The notes under the pieces are model-generated. The model did not search any database. It saw only the letters and a list, made by a program, of their open reading frames with translations, and had not been told where the DNA came from. The translations under genes and the position numbers were made by a program. Source: Clostridia bacterium (GTDB lineage: Bacteria; Bacillota; Clostridia; Oscillospirales; CAG-272). From it: a stretch of DNA of 64,000 bases. Below are positions 6,556 to 18,051 of this stretch, one piece after another. Each line of letters opens with the position of its first letter. The first letter of the stretch is position 1. Location: contig JAGBTM010000025.1 of the NCBI GenBank assembly GCA_017631325.1, positions 2,620-66,619 on the forward strand, written 5' to 3'.

Positions 6556-9024
6556 TCAAAGCTTATTGATAGGAAGCGCGTGCCAGATATTCTCAGCATA
6601 GCATTTTATACTGTTATCCGAGGCAAAAATGCCCGAGGTCGCAGTATTGATTAGCGACATTCTGGACCAGGCGAGCTTGTCGGAGTGGTCCTTTACCGCT
6701 CGTGAGTATGCGTGACGGTAGGACTCAAAGTCGGCAAGGCACATAAATGGGTCGGCAATTCCCGAGCCTGCGTTTATAAGATAATCTGCAATATGCGAGA
6801 AATCCTGTCCTGCAATAGGTCTGTACAGTCTGTCTATAACGGCTCTTATATGCTCCGAGGTGCTGTAATAGGAGCGCGAGGAATATCCGTTGCGCCAAAG
6901 TTCGTCTACCTCGTAGGTGTTAAGGCCAAAGATATACATATTGTCCTTGCCACACGCGTCGAGTATTTCTACGTTTGCTCCGTCGAGCGTGCCTAAGGTT
7001 ACGGCACCGTTCATCATAAGCTTCATACAGCCCGTGCCGCTCGCCTCCTTTCCTGCAAGGGATATTTGCTCGGAAATATCCGCTGAGGGAATAAGCACCT
7101 CGGCCATAGAAACGTTGTACTCCTCCATAAACACGATTTTAAGTCTGTCGCGTGTAAGAGGATTTGCTTCAAGCTCCTCAGAGAGGAACCAAATCAGCTT
7201 GATAATCTTCTTCGCCATAGCGTAGCCAGGTGCCGCCTTACAGCCGAAAATAAAGGTCTGAGGCGGGATATCGGCATTCGGATTATCCATAATCTCGTTA
7301 TAAAGAGAGATAATCTTAAGAACGTTGAGAAGCTGACGCTTATATTCGTGCATACGCTTGATTTGAACGTCAAAGATAGACTCCTTGTCTATTCTCTTGC
7401 CCGTTTTAGCGAATGCATAATGAGCAAAGCGCTCCTTATTTGCCGACTTAATATCTGCAATTCTCATAAGGACGTCCTTGCTGTCCTTATAATCGAGAAG
7501 TCCCGAGAGAAGCGCTCCCTGATTTCTGTACTCCGTGCCTATAAGCTCGTCAAGAAGAGCCGAAAGAGCGGGGTTCGAGTAAGAGAGCCATCTGCGATGG
7601 ACTACACCGTTTGTGACGTTTTGAAACTTATCCGGTGTCATTTTGTAAAAATCATGGAAAACGCTCTTCTTAAGAATTTCGCTGTGAAGCTTTGAAACTC
7701 CGTTTACTGCGTGCGAGCCGACTATCGAGAGGTTAGCCATTCTTACCTGATTATAAGCAACTATCGACATTCTCGAAATTCTATCCCAGTCACCGGGATA
7801 CAAATTCCAAAGGTCAGCGGTAAATCTGCGGTTAATCTCGCATACGATAGTGTAAATTCTCGGCAGCTTTACGCTGAAAAGGTCAACTCTCCAGCATTCA
7901 AGCGCCTCGGGAAGCACGGTGTGGTTGGTATAGCTAACCGTCTTAGTTACTATATTCCAGGCGTCCTCCCACGAGTACGAATACACGTCCATAAATATGC
8001 GCATAAGCTCGGGTATGCAAAGCGCAGGGTGAGTATCGTTGATATGAATAGCAATTTTGTCCTCGAAGCCCTTCAGAGAGCCGTGTTCAGCAAAATAGTC
8101 GCTGATAATACTCTGAAGCGAGGCCGAAACGAGAAAATACTGCTGCGTAAGTCTGAGAAGCTTACCCTCGTCGTAATTGTCGGCAGGATAGAGCTGTTTA
8201 GTTATATTCTCGGCGCTAGAGCTGTTCGAGAGCGTTTTAAAATAATTACTCTGGGTGGAAAAGTCCGAAACCGAATACGACGACGGACGGGCGCGCCAAA
8301 GCCTGATGGTATTTACAGCGTTGGTCGTAGTACCCGGTATGAGAAGGTCGTATGGTACGGCCTTTACCTCGTCGTACTCGTAGTTTGCTATGCGAAGCGC
8401 TCCGTTTTCCCATTTCTCCTCGATTTTTCCGCCAAAGCGAATGGGAATACTGCGCTCGGGGTGAGCAACGAGCCAAATTCCGCCTTTATCAAGCCATTCG
8501 TCAGGAAGCTCAACCTGCTCTCCGTCTACTATTTTCTGTCTGAACAGGCCTGTTTCATAGAGCAGCGAGTATCCGTTAGCGGCATAGTCACCTGCTGAGA
8601 GCGAGTCCATAAAGCATGCGGCAAGTCTTCCAAGACCGCCGTTTCCAAGGCCGGGGTCAACCTCTACGGAATAAATCTCTTCAAAGGTCGTACCCATCTC
8701 AGAAAGAACGTCTAGAAGCTTATCGTAAATACCGAGGTTCATAGCGTCGTTTTTGAGCGCGCGTCCAACCAAGAACTCCATACAGAGATAGCAAATCTTC
8801 TTGCCGTCCTTGGCCTTGATACGCTTCTTGAACTGCTCGCGGTACTCTATCATTATATCCTTGACGGTCTGAACCGTTGCCTGATAAATCTGCTCGCGGG
8901 TTGCGCTCTTCGGTGAGGCTGCACCAAGCGCGGTAAGCTTTCCCTCTATTCTTTCCTTTAATTCCTTTTTGGTTATCGTTTTCTTTGCGTCGGGTGTGCG
9001 CTGATTTTTGCGGGAAGTATTCAT
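6556..9024 (-). CDS. glgP: Glycogen/maltodextrin phosphorylase
   Basis: 822 aa; PLP site EASGTGCMKLMMNG; HEYKRQ. Confidence 0.9.
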   Translation of the reverse strand: MNTSRKNQRTPDAKKTITKKELKERIEGKLTALGAASPKSATREQIYQATVQTVKDIMIEYREQFKKRIKAKDGKKICYLCMEFLVGRALKNDAMNLGIYDKLLDVLSEMGTTFEEIYSVEVDPGLGNGGLGRLAACFMDSLSAGDYAANGYSLLYETGLFRQKIVDGEQVELPDEWLDKGGIWLVAHPERSIPIRFGGKIEEKWENGALRIANYEYDEVKAVPYDLLIPGTTTNAVNTIRLWRARPSSYSVSDFSTQSNYFKTLSNSSSAENITKQLYPADNYDEGKLLRLTQQYFLVSASLQSIISDYFAEHGSLKGFEDKIAIHINDTHPALCIPELMRIFMDVYSYSWEDAWNIVTKTVSYTNHTVLPEALECWRVDLFSVKLPRIYTIVCEINRRFTADLWNLYPGDWDRISRMSIVAYNQVRMANLSIVGSHAVNGVSKLHSEILKKSVFHDFYKMTPDKFQNVTNGVVHRRWLSYSNPALSALLDELIGTEYRNQGALLSGLLDYKDSKDVLMRIADIKSANKERFAHYAFAKTGKRIDKESIFDVQIKRMHEYKRQLLNVLKIISLYNEIMDNPNADIPPQTFIFGCKAAPGYAMAKKIIKLIWFLSEELEANPLTRDRLKIVFMEEYNVSMAEVLIPSADISEQISLAGKEASGTGCMKLMMNGAVTLGTLDGANVEILDACGKDNMYIFGLNTYEVDELWRNGYSSRSYYSTSEHIRAVIDRLYRPIAGQDFSHIADYLINAGSGIADPFMCLADFESYRHAYSRAVKDHSDKLAWSRMSLINTATSGIFASDNSIKCYAENIWHALPINKL

Positions 9025-9041
9025 TAAAAAAGATTTACTCC

Positions 9042-10463
9042 TTACTGTTTGGTTAATTTGTCATAAATCTGGATATATTTCGAGGCAGAACTGTCCCAGG
9101 TGAAGTTGGATTTCTTTGCTGCCGCGGTAAGCTTATTCCACTCTTTTCTGTTTGTATAGAGCGCTATCGCGTCCTTGATAACGTAGAGCATATCGTGAGC
9201 GTTGTAGTTATCGAAGCGGAAGCCGTTGCCACCGGGCTCACCGTACGGTACTATCGAGTCGCGAAGACCACCGACCGAGCGAACGATAGGAACGGTAGCA
9301 TAAGAGCAGGCTATCATTTGCGCAAGTCCGCAGGGCTCGCTCTTGGATGGCATAAGGAACAGGTCGGCTGCTGCGTATATCTGCTTTGAGAGTGCGCGGT
9401 CAAACTTTATAAGCGCCTTGAAGTTATCGTGCCTTGAGGCAATATTCAAGAGCGCCTGCTCGTATTCTCGCTCGCCTGTTCCAAGAACGACAAGCTGTAC
9501 GTTCTCGCTGAGAATTTCCTCTATAACGTGCAAAACGAGGTCTATTCCCTTGCCTGCCGTAAGTCTGGTTATCATAGCAATAAGCGGAACGTCCTTTTTG
9601 ACTTCAAGGCCTATTTTGTTCTGGATATAAGCCTTGTTTTTTGCCTTACCCGTTTTGTAGTTGGTTGAGGTATAGGCAAAAGCTATATCCCCACCCTTGT
9701 CGGGTGAAAACGCGCCGTAGTCTATGCCGTTGATAACGCCAAGAAGCTTATTTTTTGCGTCCTTGATAACAGACGAGAGACCGAATGCGAAGAAATCGTA
9801 TTCGAGCTCGTTAGCATAATTTGGGCTGACCGTCGTAACAAAATCCGAGGCAACGATAGCGCCCTTCATAAGATTAATACAGCCGTCAAAGGCGAGAATA
9901 TCGCTATATTTTCCGCTAATGCCGAACACGTCCCCCTGAATATAGGGGTCAAACTTACCCTGATACTCAATGTTGTGTATGGTATATACGGTTTTAAGGG
10001 CTTTAAACGCCTCAATAGACGCGTACTCGGTCTTGAGATATACGACTGAGAGTGCTGTCTGCCAATCGTTTGCGTGAAGAACGTCAGGGATATTGCCGCT
10101 AGAAAGCATAAATTCCACTACCGCCTTTGAGAAGAAGGCGAAGCGCTCAGCGTCGTCGTATTCACCGTAAAGGCGAGAGCGGTCGAAATAATAGTGATTT
10201 TCAACGAGATAGTAGGTACAGCCACCAAAAGAATGCTTATAAACGGTAGCGCCTGTTTTACGCCATGAGAGCATAAAGGTTATGTCCGTGACGTATTCCA
10301 TATTGTCCCTATATACGTCCTTTACAGTGTTGTAAAGCGGCATAATAACCGAAACCTCGTTGTCCTTATCTGCTACTGCGGGAGGAAGTGCCCCCATGAC
10401 GTCACCGAGACCGCCGCTTGCAGCAAAGGGTGACGCTTCACTTGTTACGAATAAAATTTTCAT
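9042..10463 (-). CDS. glgA: Glycogen synthase
   Basis: 473 aa; N-terminus MKILFVTSEASPFAASGGLGDV. Confidence 0.9.
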   Translation of the reverse strand: MKILFVTSEASPFAASGGLGDVMGALPPAVADKDNEVSVIMPLYNTVKDVYRDNMEYVTDITFMLSWRKTGATVYKHSFGGCTYYLVENHYYFDRSRLYGEYDDAERFAFFSKAVVEFMLSSGNIPDVLHANDWQTALSVVYLKTEYASIEAFKALKTVYTIHNIEYQGKFDPYIQGDVFGISGKYSDILAFDGCINLMKGAIVASDFVTTVSPNYANELEYDFFAFGLSSVIKDAKNKLLGVINGIDYGAFSPDKGGDIAFAYTSTNYKTGKAKNKAYIQNKIGLEVKKDVPLIAMITRLTAGKGIDLVLHVIEEILSENVQLVVLGTGEREYEQALLNIASRHDNFKALIKFDRALSKQIYAAADLFLMPSKSEPCGLAQMIACSYATVPIVRSVGGLRDSIVPYGEPGGNGFRFDNYNAHDMLYVIKDAIALYTNRKEWNKLTAAAKKSNFTWDSSASKYIQIYDKLTKQ

Positions 10464-10474
10464 TGTGTTTTCCT

Positions 10475-11605
10475 TTAGATTTTGCGTTTTTTCTGAATAT
10501 AGAACGGCATATTCTCGTTACCCGAAAGATTAACGTTTTCGCTGACGTAAACGTCCTTATCGGCAACTATGCAGTTCAGTGTAGCTCCGCGACTTACGTG
10601 AGTACCGCGGAAAAGCACCGAGTCCTTGACTACTGCTCCCTTCTCTACCTTAACCCCTCTAAAGAGCACCGAATTGATAACGGTACCCTCGATAATGCAC
10701 TCGTCGGCTAGCATAGAGCTCTCGACCTTAGCGCCGTCCTTGTACATCGTGGGTGCAGAGTTGTGAACTCTGGTGAAAATCGGCGCCTCTTTTCTGCCGA
10801 AAAGAGTTTCGCGGGCTGACGGATTTTTGACAATTTCCATAGAGCATCTGTAATAGTCAAGAAAGCTCGAAACCGTGGCGACGTAACCGTCGTAGCGATA
10901 AGCCTTGTAATGCTGAGTTTTGCAGTTTTTGAGAAGGTAGGCGGTGAAGCTATTGAGGTTGTACGCTACGGCCTCCTCGATAAGTCTGCGTAAAAACAGC
11001 GTGCTCATAACGAAAATGCCGAGAGCGAGGTTAGGGTGTCTTTCGTTATAAACCGAAGACATAGCAATGTCGGTAATCTTGTCTGCTACCGAGGATATCA
11101 TCATTCTCGGGTGCTTTGCGCTGTAATCACGCTCGGGCTTGCGGGTGACGATGGTCACGCTTGCGCCTGATTTCTCGTGGTCCGATATAACCTTCTGAAG
11201 ATCGATATTAAGGACGTTGTCCGAGTCCATCAGAACAACGTAGTTCTCCTTCATCTCGGTTATGTAGGCACTCATGCTCTTGAGCGCCTCGAGATGTGTC
11301 GAGAACATTTTTGCTTCGGTGGCGTTTGCTGCGCTCTGGAAGGGAGAAACGAAATTAACTCCGCTGGCTCTGCGCGCCAAATCCCAGTCCTTACCGCTTC
11401 CTATATGCTCAAGCAAGGAGCGATAATTGTAGTTTACCACCATACTGATATTTGAAATATCAGCGTTAATCATATTCGAGAGGCAGAAGTCTGCGAGTCT
11501 GTATCTGCAGGCAAACGGAATTGCCGCAACCGTTCTGTCGCCCGTAAGTCTTGATAGTGTGTTATTGTTTAAGCTTGAGAAAATTATTCCTGCTGCGCTT
11601 GCCAT
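10475..11605 (-). CDS. glgD: Glucose-1-phosphate adenylyltransferase regulatory subunit
   Basis: 376 aa. It is a GlgC paralog lacking the GGxGxRL motif and sits between glgC and glgA, as in the Bacillus glgBCDAP operon. Confidence 0.8.
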   Translation of the reverse strand: MASAAGIIFSSLNNNTLSRLTGDRTVAAIPFACRYRLADFCLSNMINADISNISMVVNYNYRSLLEHIGSGKDWDLARRASGVNFVSPFQSAANATEAKMFSTHLEALKSMSAYITEMKENYVVLMDSDNVLNIDLQKVISDHEKSGASVTIVTRKPERDYSAKHPRMMISSVADKITDIAMSSVYNERHPNLALGIFVMSTLFLRRLIEEAVAYNLNSFTAYLLKNCKTQHYKAYRYDGYVATVSSFLDYYRCSMEIVKNPSARETLFGRKEAPIFTRVHNSAPTMYKDGAKVESSMLADECIIEGTVINSVLFRGVKVEKGAVVKDSVLFRGTHVSRGATLNCIVADKDVYVSENVNLSGNENMPFYIQKKRKI

Positions 11606-11641
11606 ATCTGTATTCCTTTCAAGAATGTATTTGAGGACATG

Positions 11642-12799
11642 TCAGGCCTTTTTCTGAGCCTTGACAACGGTTGAGCTTGCTACTACCGCTATGTTTTCCT
11701 TACCTGCACCCTCGGTGCCTACGACAGCGCCCTCCTTGATAACGGCATCGGAGTCAACTATCGCCGAATATACTGCGCCGCCCTTTTTGACGACTACATC
11801 GTCCATTATAACCGAGTCGCGAACTATAGCGCCCTCCTCGATAACAACACCGCCTGAGAGTATTGAATTGATAACCGTGCCGTAAATTCTCGAGCCCTCG
11901 GAAACCAAGGAGTTTACTATCTTTGAGTTAGGGCCCAAGTACTGAGGGGGACGGGCCGTGTTCTTTGAATATATTCTGAAGTCCTTGTCGGCTATATTGA
12001 GGACGGGTGTCTCTCCGATAAGGTCCATATTTGCCTCCCAAAGAGAAGAAATAGTACCGACGTCCTTCCAATATCCCGAGAACTTATAAGCAAAAAGCTT
12101 CTCTCCGTTTCCTAAAAGGTTCGGGATAATATTCTTGCCGAAATCGTTGCTCGAATTTTCGTCGGCTTCATCGTTTTCAAGATACTCAATAAGAGTTTTG
12201 GTATTAAAAATATATATACCCATTGAAGCCTGGTTGTTCTTAGGTTGCTTCGGCTTCTCCTCGAACTCGTAAATCGAGCCGTCGGCATTGGTATTACAAA
12301 TTCCAAAGCGGCTTGCCTCGTCCATAGGAACGGTTATGGTCGCAACCGTACATACGGCGCCCGTGGCCTTGTGCTGCTCAAGCATTTTCTTGTAATCCAT
12401 ACGGTAAATATGGTCGCCCGAAAGTATGAGAACGTACTCGGGGTTATAATGCTTTATAAAATTTATGTTCTGGTAAATTGCGTTTGCGGTTCCCTTGTAC
12501 CAATCAGAGTGCTTGTTTCCCTGATAAGGCGGAAGAACGGAAAGGCCGCCTCTCATTCTGTCGAGGTCCCAGGGCGCTCCGTTACAAACGTATTCGTTCA
12601 GCTCGAGAGGCTGATACTGGGTGAGCACACCCACGGTATCGATTCCCGAATTTATGCAGTTTGAAAGCGGGAAATCAATGATTTTATACTTGCCGCCAAA
12701 GGATACGGCAGGCTTGGCTATATGCTTTGTGAGGTCGTAAAGACGCGAGCCCTGGCCTCCTGCAAGCAGCATAGCGATACATTCCTTTTTACAGTACAT
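11642..12799 (-). CDS. glgC: Glucose-1-phosphate adenylyltransferase
   Basis: 385 aa; [12 protein letters not shown] plus a left-handed beta-helix C-terminus. It overlaps the glgB stop by 11 nt. Confidence 0.9.
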   Translation of the reverse strand: MYCKKECIAMLLAGGQGSRLYDLTKHIAKPAVSFGGKYKIIDFPLSNCINSGIDTVGVLTQYQPLELNEYVCNGAPWDLDRMRGGLSVLPPYQGNKHSDWYKGTANAIYQNINFIKHYNPEYVLILSGDHIYRMDYKKMLEQHKATGAVCTVATITVPMDEASRFGICNTNADGSIYEFEEKPKQPKNNQASMGIYIFNTKTLIEYLENDEADENSSNDFGKNIIPNLLGNGEKLFAYKFSGYWKDVGTISSLWEANMDLIGETPVLNIADKDFRIYSKNTARPPQYLGPNSKIVNSLVSEGSRIYGTVINSILSGGVVIEEGAIVRDSVIMDDVVVKKGGAVYSAIVDSDAVIKEGAVVGTEGAGKENIAVVASSTVVKAQKKA

Positions 12800-14699
12800 T
12801 GCGTTTCTCCTTATGCTTTGGTTTTATATTTATTTTCTTTTTATTTTCCTTTAAAACGACACCGCTGAATCTCGGCATTATAATCTTTGCGCCCAAGCCG
12901 TTCTCCAAAACGAAATCGCTCCTTGTGGCGAAATTGCCCGTATCGAAGAGCACCTCTAGATTATCGGGTTTGACTTTTAGTGAAATCTCTTGCGAAGCAC
13001 CCGAGAAGCTGATAATAACTATTATTTCCTCTCCGCGCAAATTTAAGCGCTTGAACGCGACGAGGTTCTTATCCTGCTCGTCAGGGTAAATCCACTTAAA
13101 TCCACGCTCGTCAAAATCAATTTCCCAAAGCTCGCTGTGCGAGAGATAGAATGAATTTAGAGCTGATACGTAGGCTCTGAACTCCCGATGCTTAGGATAA
13201 TCGAGCATAAACCATTCAAGAGAATTTTCAAAGTCCCATTCCCTGAACTGAGCATACTCGGTGCCCATAAAAGTAAGCTTTTTGCCTGGATAGGTCATCT
13301 GCAGCAGAAGAGCTGCACGTGCCTCGAGGAACTTGTCCTCATACTCACCGAACATCTTATCTATAAACGAGCGCTTGCCGTGTACGACCTCGTCGTGCGA
13401 GATAGGAAGAACATAGTTCTCGCTAAAAGCGTACATTAATGGGAAATTCAAGGCCTTGTGCTTGTAGCGCCTGAAATACGGGTCGGTCGAGACGTAATCG
13501 TAAAAGTCGTTGGCCCAGCCCATATTCCATTTCAGGTCAAAGCCAAATCCCCCATTGTAAACGGGAGAGGTAAGACCGCCGTGAGCTGTGGACTCCTCGG
13601 CAATAGTGAGTACGTCAGGAAATTCTCCGTGGACGGCAGAATTGAATTTGCGCAAAAATGCCGCCGCTTCCCTATTCTCATTAGTTCCGTCGGAGTTGGG
13701 TACCCACTCTCCGGGGCGTCTGTCAAAATCAAGATACAGCATTGATGCAACAGCATCAACTCTGAGGCCGTCTATATGAAACTCACGTAGAAAATAGAGC
13801 GCGTTGGATATAAGAAAGGACTGAACCTCCTCTCGTCCGAGATCGAAAAAGCGCGTCTGCCACGAGGACTCCTTTCTGTCCTCGCCCTGATACTCGTATA
13901 AAGGCGAGCCGTCAAACTCAAAAAGTCCCCATGCGTCCTTTGGAAAATGCGCGGGAACCCAGTCGATTATGACGCCGATACCCGCCTTGTGAAGCGCATT
14001 AATTAAATACTTGAAATCCGTAGGATTTCCGAACCTAGAGCTTACAGCGTAGAAGCCGCATACCTGATATCCCCACGAGCCATCGTACGGAAACTCGTGT
14101 ACGGGAAGAAACTCGACGTGCGTATAGCCCATGCTCTTAACGTACGAGGGTAAAATCTCGGCAAGCTCGCGATATCCAAGATAGGAGTTGTCCCCCTCGT
14201 GACGCATAAAGCTGCCGATATGAAGCTCGTAAACGTTTATTGGCGTTGGCAAAAAGACGCCCTCTGCCTCGACAACCGTTCTGCTCCTGTAAGCGAGCCA
14301 GGACTTGTCCCCCCACTCAAAGCCGTCGTCGGTAAAAATGACCGAGGCTCCGTCGTCGTATCCACGCGAAAAGCGGGCATAAGGGTCGCCCTTATCAAAT
14401 TCCCTGCCATCTCTGTATATTCGGTACTTGTAAGAGAGTCCCTCAAGCGAGCTCATAGAGGTATAGGAAAGCTCGAATACGCCGCGCTCGGTTACACGGC
14501 TAAGCGCAAGCGGGCTCTCCCAACCCGAAAAGTCTGAAATCAAGGCCACAGCGTCAGCGTTTGGCGCCCAAACGCGAAAGGTATAGACGTATTTTCCGCC
14601 GTCCTCAAAAGTGAGGGTGCAGCCGAGATATTTATATGCTTCAAAATTCGTTCCCTGATGAAAATAATAAGCTCCGAGGTCGGTCGCTTGCATCGGCAT
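12789..14699 (-). CDS. glgB: 1,4-alpha-glucan branching enzyme
   Basis: 636 aa; GH13 motifs DWVPAHF, GLRVDAV and [10 protein letters not shown]. Confidence 0.9.
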   Translation of the reverse strand: MPMQATDLGAYYFHQGTNFEAYKYLGCTLTFEDGGKYVYTFRVWAPNADAVALISDFSGWESPLALSRVTERGVFELSYTSMSSLEGLSYKYRIYRDGREFDKGDPYARFSRGYDDGASVIFTDDGFEWGDKSWLAYRSRTVVEAEGVFLPTPINVYELHIGSFMRHEGDNSYLGYRELAEILPSYVKSMGYTHVEFLPVHEFPYDGSWGYQVCGFYAVSSRFGNPTDFKYLINALHKAGIGVIIDWVPAHFPKDAWGLFEFDGSPLYEYQGEDRKESSWQTRFFDLGREEVQSFLISNALYFLREFHIDGLRVDAVASMLYLDFDRRPGEWVPNSDGTNENREAAAFLRKFNSAVHGEFPDVLTIAEESTAHGGLTSPVYNGGFGFDLKWNMGWANDFYDYVSTDPYFRRYKHKALNFPLMYAFSENYVLPISHDEVVHGKRSFIDKMFGEYEDKFLEARAALLLQMTYPGKKLTFMGTEYAQFREWDFENSLEWFMLDYPKHREFRAYVSALNSFYLSHSELWEIDFDERGFKWIYPDEQDKNLVAFKRLNLRGEEIIVIISFSGASQEISLKVKPDNLEVLFDTGNFATRSDFVLENGLGAKIIMPRFSGVVLKENKKKINIKPKHKEKRNVL

Positions 14700-14740
14700 T
14701 TCCCTCCTTTAAACATAAATACACAAACATCTTAATTATA

Positions 14741-15325
14741 TCATTTTATTATATGTGTGTCAAGTGAAAGTATTGGTTTGGCTGGTAATTTTTTGTAAAT
14801 TTTTCCCTCTACGTACAAAAAAAGACGCCAAAGCAATATTGCGACCGTTCTCGGCAGAAAAAAAGCCACCCGTCCACATATAATCAGAGCGTAGTATACA
14901 CAAAACACCACGCGCGAAATTACCTTAAAGGCAAGACTGACTACCGTCCTTTTTGCCAGAGCGCAGGACAGGAGGCAAGCCGCGAGCATATAAAACCTTA
15001 TTTCACCGTCGAGGGTAAGATACGTAAGCAGCACGAAGCCAAGAAAAAAGGCAAAAATTACAAGGGTGCGGTATAATGCTGAAAGAATTTTATTTATTTT
15101 TTCAGGCCTCTTCTTATCGTTCTCGCTCTCTCTTAAATCGCGTGGGCGAATATCCGATTTTATAATGCTGCCTTTATAAAAAAAGAGCGCAACGGGAAGA
15201 AAAAGCACATACCTGAAAAAAGCACGGCAAGAGCTTAAGAAATCTATAAAAAATGCAAAAGCCGTACCATATATTGTGGCAGAAGCCACAGATAATATAA
15301 TTTCTGAAATTGTAAAGGATATCAT
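14741..15325 (-). CDS. yabQ: YabQ-like spore cortex biosynthesis membrane protein
   Basis: 194-aa polytopic membrane protein overlapping yabP by 4 nt. Called mainly from its position. Confidence 0.55.
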   Translation of the reverse strand: MISFTISEIILSVASATIYGTAFAFFIDFLSSCRAFFRYVLFLPVALFFYKGSIIKSDIRPRDLRESENDKKRPEKINKILSALYRTLVIFAFFLGFVLLTYLTLDGEIRFYMLAACLLSCALAKRTVVSLAFKVISRVVFCVYYALIICGRVAFFLPRTVAILLWRLFLYVEGKIYKKLPAKPILSLDTHIIK

Positions 15326-15588
15326 TTGAACATTTTTTTGAATATTGTAGTGCTTTCCTTGGGGTCAGAATAATAAACCCCACTGACGTTACCCGTTATG
15401 TAAATTTCACCGTTTTCCTTTGTAAGACTTTCTATCTTTAGCTCCCTTCCCTCTATGCTGACCCGACCAAGTGACGTATCGAGAGTGACGTAGCCCTCAT
15501 CAAAGCCGATAACGTTCTTGACGCCGTTCATTTTGACGCTTTTTCTCTCGTTTACCACCAAAACTGTTTTTGCAGAATTTTCATTCAT
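15322..15588 (-). CDS. yabP: Sporulation protein YabP
   Basis: Start trimmed to the ATG 5 nt after GAGGTGAT. VKMNGVKNVIGFDEGYVTLDTSLGRVSIEGRELKIESL is YabP-like. Confidence 0.75.
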   Translation of the reverse strand: MNENSAKTVLVVNERKSVKMNGVKNVIGFDEGYVTLDTSLGRVSIEGRELKIESLTKENGEIYITGNVSGVYYSDPKESTTIFKKMFK

Positions 15589-15657
15589 AATATCACCTCG
15601 AAAAAATATAAAAAGATCCACCGATATTCAATAAAGAATATGCAGTGGACCGTTTAA

Positions 15658-15912
15658 TTATTCGTCGGACTCGGTTACTACCTCGTACATACCTACCGAT
15701 TCCGTTTTCTTGGTGGTTTCCCTTATATCAAGAACTCTGACCGTTACAGACTTCGTACCGAAGGTAACGGTTATTAAATCTCCAAGCTTAACGTTATATG
15801 ATGCCTTTGCTTGCTTGCCGTTCACGGAAATTCTCTGGGCATCGCATGCATCGTTTGCTACGGTGCGTCGCTTGATAAGTCTTGAAACCTTGAGATATTT
15901 GTCTAGACGCAT
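15658..15912 (-). CDS. S4-domain RNA-binding protein (YabO/Hsp15-like)
   Basis: 84 aa; MRLDKYLKVSRLIKRRTVA is an S4 motif. Confidence 0.8.
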   Translation of the reverse strand: MRLDKYLKVSRLIKRRTVANDACDAQRISVNGKQAKASYNVKLGDLITVTFGTKSVTVRVLDIRETTKKTESVGMYEVVTESDE

Positions 15913-15918
15913 TAAAAA

Positions 15919-16191
15919 TTAGTTTACGAGAGACTTGAGCACCTTGGAAGCCGAGAAAGAGGGCTTCTTGCAAGCGTCAATTTTGATAGTTTCGCCAGTC
16001 TGGGGGTTGTGACCCTCTCTTGCAGCTACGCTCTTAACCTCGAAGGTACCGAAGCCGATAAGCTGAACCTTATCACCCTCCTTGAGTGCGTTTGAAATAG
16101 CATCGAGAGTTGCGGAAACAACAGCGTCAACGTCCTTCTTAGCGATTTCGGTTTCTGCTGCTACAACATTTACGAGATCTGTCTTGTTCAT
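15919..16191 (-). CDS. hup: HU-family DNA-binding protein
   Basis: Start trimmed to MNKTDL, with an AAGGAAG SD. GFGTFEVKSVAAREGHNPQTGE is HU-like. Confidence 0.9.
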   Translation of the reverse strand: MNKTDLVNVVAAETEIAKKDVDAVVSATLDAISNALKEGDKVQLIGFGTFEVKSVAAREGHNPQTGETIKIDACKKPSFSASKVLKSLVN

Positions 16192-16313
16192 TTTTATACT
16201 TCCTTTCAAAAAAGTTTTACAGCTTATTATAACAATTATTTACAAGCAATGCAATAGTATATCAACATTTTTGAAATTATTTGTTGACTTTTTCGTCTAG
16301 TTTTATGAAAAAA

Positions 16314-17927
16314 TCAAGCTCTTTTTGTGCAAAACGCCATATTTTTGATTTTTTTGACACTGACAGTTCCGCACAGCAGAGAAAGTATCATATATATCAC
16401 ACAGAAAAGCATACCCGAGGCGCACAGAGCCACCGTATCGTTTAAGGACAAAAGGAGCTTAAAATATATAGCCCGTGCGCAAAGGACACTCAAGGCGGCG
16501 TCGAGATACGGAAGTATGTGAGTTTTGAAAATCGGAAAATTCATTCGGTGCTTTTTTAGTGCGTACAAAAGCGAGCACGCAAGCGAGAGCGCGTAGGAAA
16601 CCACCGTTCCTATCGGGGCGGCGGAAATTCCAAAATCAGAGTTGGAAATCAGAAAATAGCTAATCAAAACCTTAGCGAGACTGCCGACGAGCATTGAAAG
16701 TATAGGCGCTCTTACACTTCCTGCCGCTTCAAGCGAGGTGTTCACCACGAGCAAGACCGAAAGGAAAGCCAGAGCAGGCATTATCAACCTAAGCAGCGGC
16801 GCCCCGACTGAAACCCCCTCCTTGCCAAAAAGCATCGTAAGTATTTCGCTTGAAAATGCGCTTATTCCAAAAACCAGAGGTGCACTCAGCAAGGCAGTTA
16901 AAGAAAGAGCGTCCTTTCTGGCCCTGTCGGAATAGATGCCGTCGCTATTCACTCTGCCCTTTATCAAAATAGGTAAAAATGCAACCGACACAGGTGTAAT
17001 TAGTGAGATGGCAAAATTCAGCATAGGAACGGCAAGCGTCGTATAATGTCCGTAAAGCGCTGTTGCTTCTAGCTCCGTATACCCTCCGTCCGCAAGGCGT
17101 CTCATTATTATAAAAAGGTCTATTATATTGCCGATGCTCATCACAGCGGCGCTTAGAGTTATCGGAAGCGATATACCGAATATGCGCTTTCTGATTTCTT
17201 TTCTTTCAAGTGACGAGAGCTTCTGCTCTGTTTTTTGTTCGGTATTTTTAATTTTTGATACAATTAACAGATATACAAGGCTCACCAGCGCCCCTAGAGT
17301 AACACCTAAAATAGTGAACGCTGAAACAAGCTCGCTCTTAAACTCGTGTGTGTAGCCATAGTATGCAAAAATCAAGCCGAACACCAGCTTGCCTACTCCG
17401 TCAAGCACCTGAGAAACGGCAACCTCAAGAAAGGACATACCGGCACTCAGGTATCCTCGCACCACTCCTGCAACCGATACGAGCAGAACCGACGGTGCTA
17501 CGGCGAGCATCGTTGCTCTTGCTCTGCTGCTGCCTATTATGGTCGCAAGTGGACCTGAAAATATCACAAATGCCCCTGTCAAAGAAAGACCGAGAATAAA
17601 AAATAATCTCATTGACGTTTTGATAACCTGCTTTTCGGTATATCGCGAGCGCCCCTCCCTGCTCTCAAGCACCAGCATAGTTACAGCTTTTGGCACACCT
17701 GCTGTGCACAAAAGATAAAAAAGGCCGTAAACCGTATATGCGCTATTAAAGTAGCCCATTCCCTCGCCGCCAAGAAGATGCGATAGAGGTATTTTATATA
17801 TTAGGCCTATAACCTTTACGATTATGGCCGATACGGTGAGCGAAAATGCACCGCTTACAGCACCGTTATCCCTTTGCTTCAAGTTTTCGTTTCGACTCAA
17901 TTTTCCCTCCAAATAAAAAAGATTCAC
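16314..17927 (-). CDS. MOP-superfamily flippase (SpoVB/YabM/MurJ-like)
   Basis: 537-aa protein with about 14 TM segments, in the yab-type sporulation neighbourhood. Confidence 0.7.
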   Translation of the reverse strand: MNLFYLEGKLSRNENLKQRDNGAVSGAFSLTVSAIIVKVIGLIYKIPLSHLLGGEGMGYFNSAYTVYGLFYLLCTAGVPKAVTMLVLESREGRSRYTEKQVIKTSMRLFFILGLSLTGAFVIFSGPLATIIGSSRARATMLAVAPSVLLVSVAGVVRGYLSAGMSFLEVAVSQVLDGVGKLVFGLIFAYYGYTHEFKSELVSAFTILGVTLGALVSLVYLLIVSKIKNTEQKTEQKLSSLERKEIRKRIFGISLPITLSAAVMSIGNIIDLFIIMRRLADGGYTELEATALYGHYTTLAVPMLNFAISLITPVSVAFLPILIKGRVNSDGIYSDRARKDALSLTALLSAPLVFGISAFSSEILTMLFGKEGVSVGAPLLRLIMPALAFLSVLLVVNTSLEAAGSVRAPILSMLVGSLAKVLISYFLISNSDFGISAAPIGTVVSYALSLACSLLYALKKHRMNFPIFKTHILPYLDAALSVLCARAIYFKLLLSLNDTVALCASGMLFCVIYMILSLLCGTVSVKKIKNMAFCTKRA

Positions 17928-18051
17928 TAAAATATATTAGTGAATCCTTTATTTTATTATAATAGGTAGAAAATATTGCAGTAGAATATCGCCTTTATTG
18001 TGTTTTTTAGTCTTTTTTATCCTTTAAGGAATATGCCAATAAAGACGTGTA

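Noticed and set aside
7711-8598. 295-aa plus-strand ORF, and similar ORFs at 23292-23897, 35630-36337, 54144-55040, 55565-56203, 57646-58260 and 58974-59831
   Set aside because: All lie antisense to genes with strong family signatures (glgP, recJ, endoIV-like/YqeG, E3, E2, YjbQ-like, TIM-like/SIS). None shows a recognisable motif.
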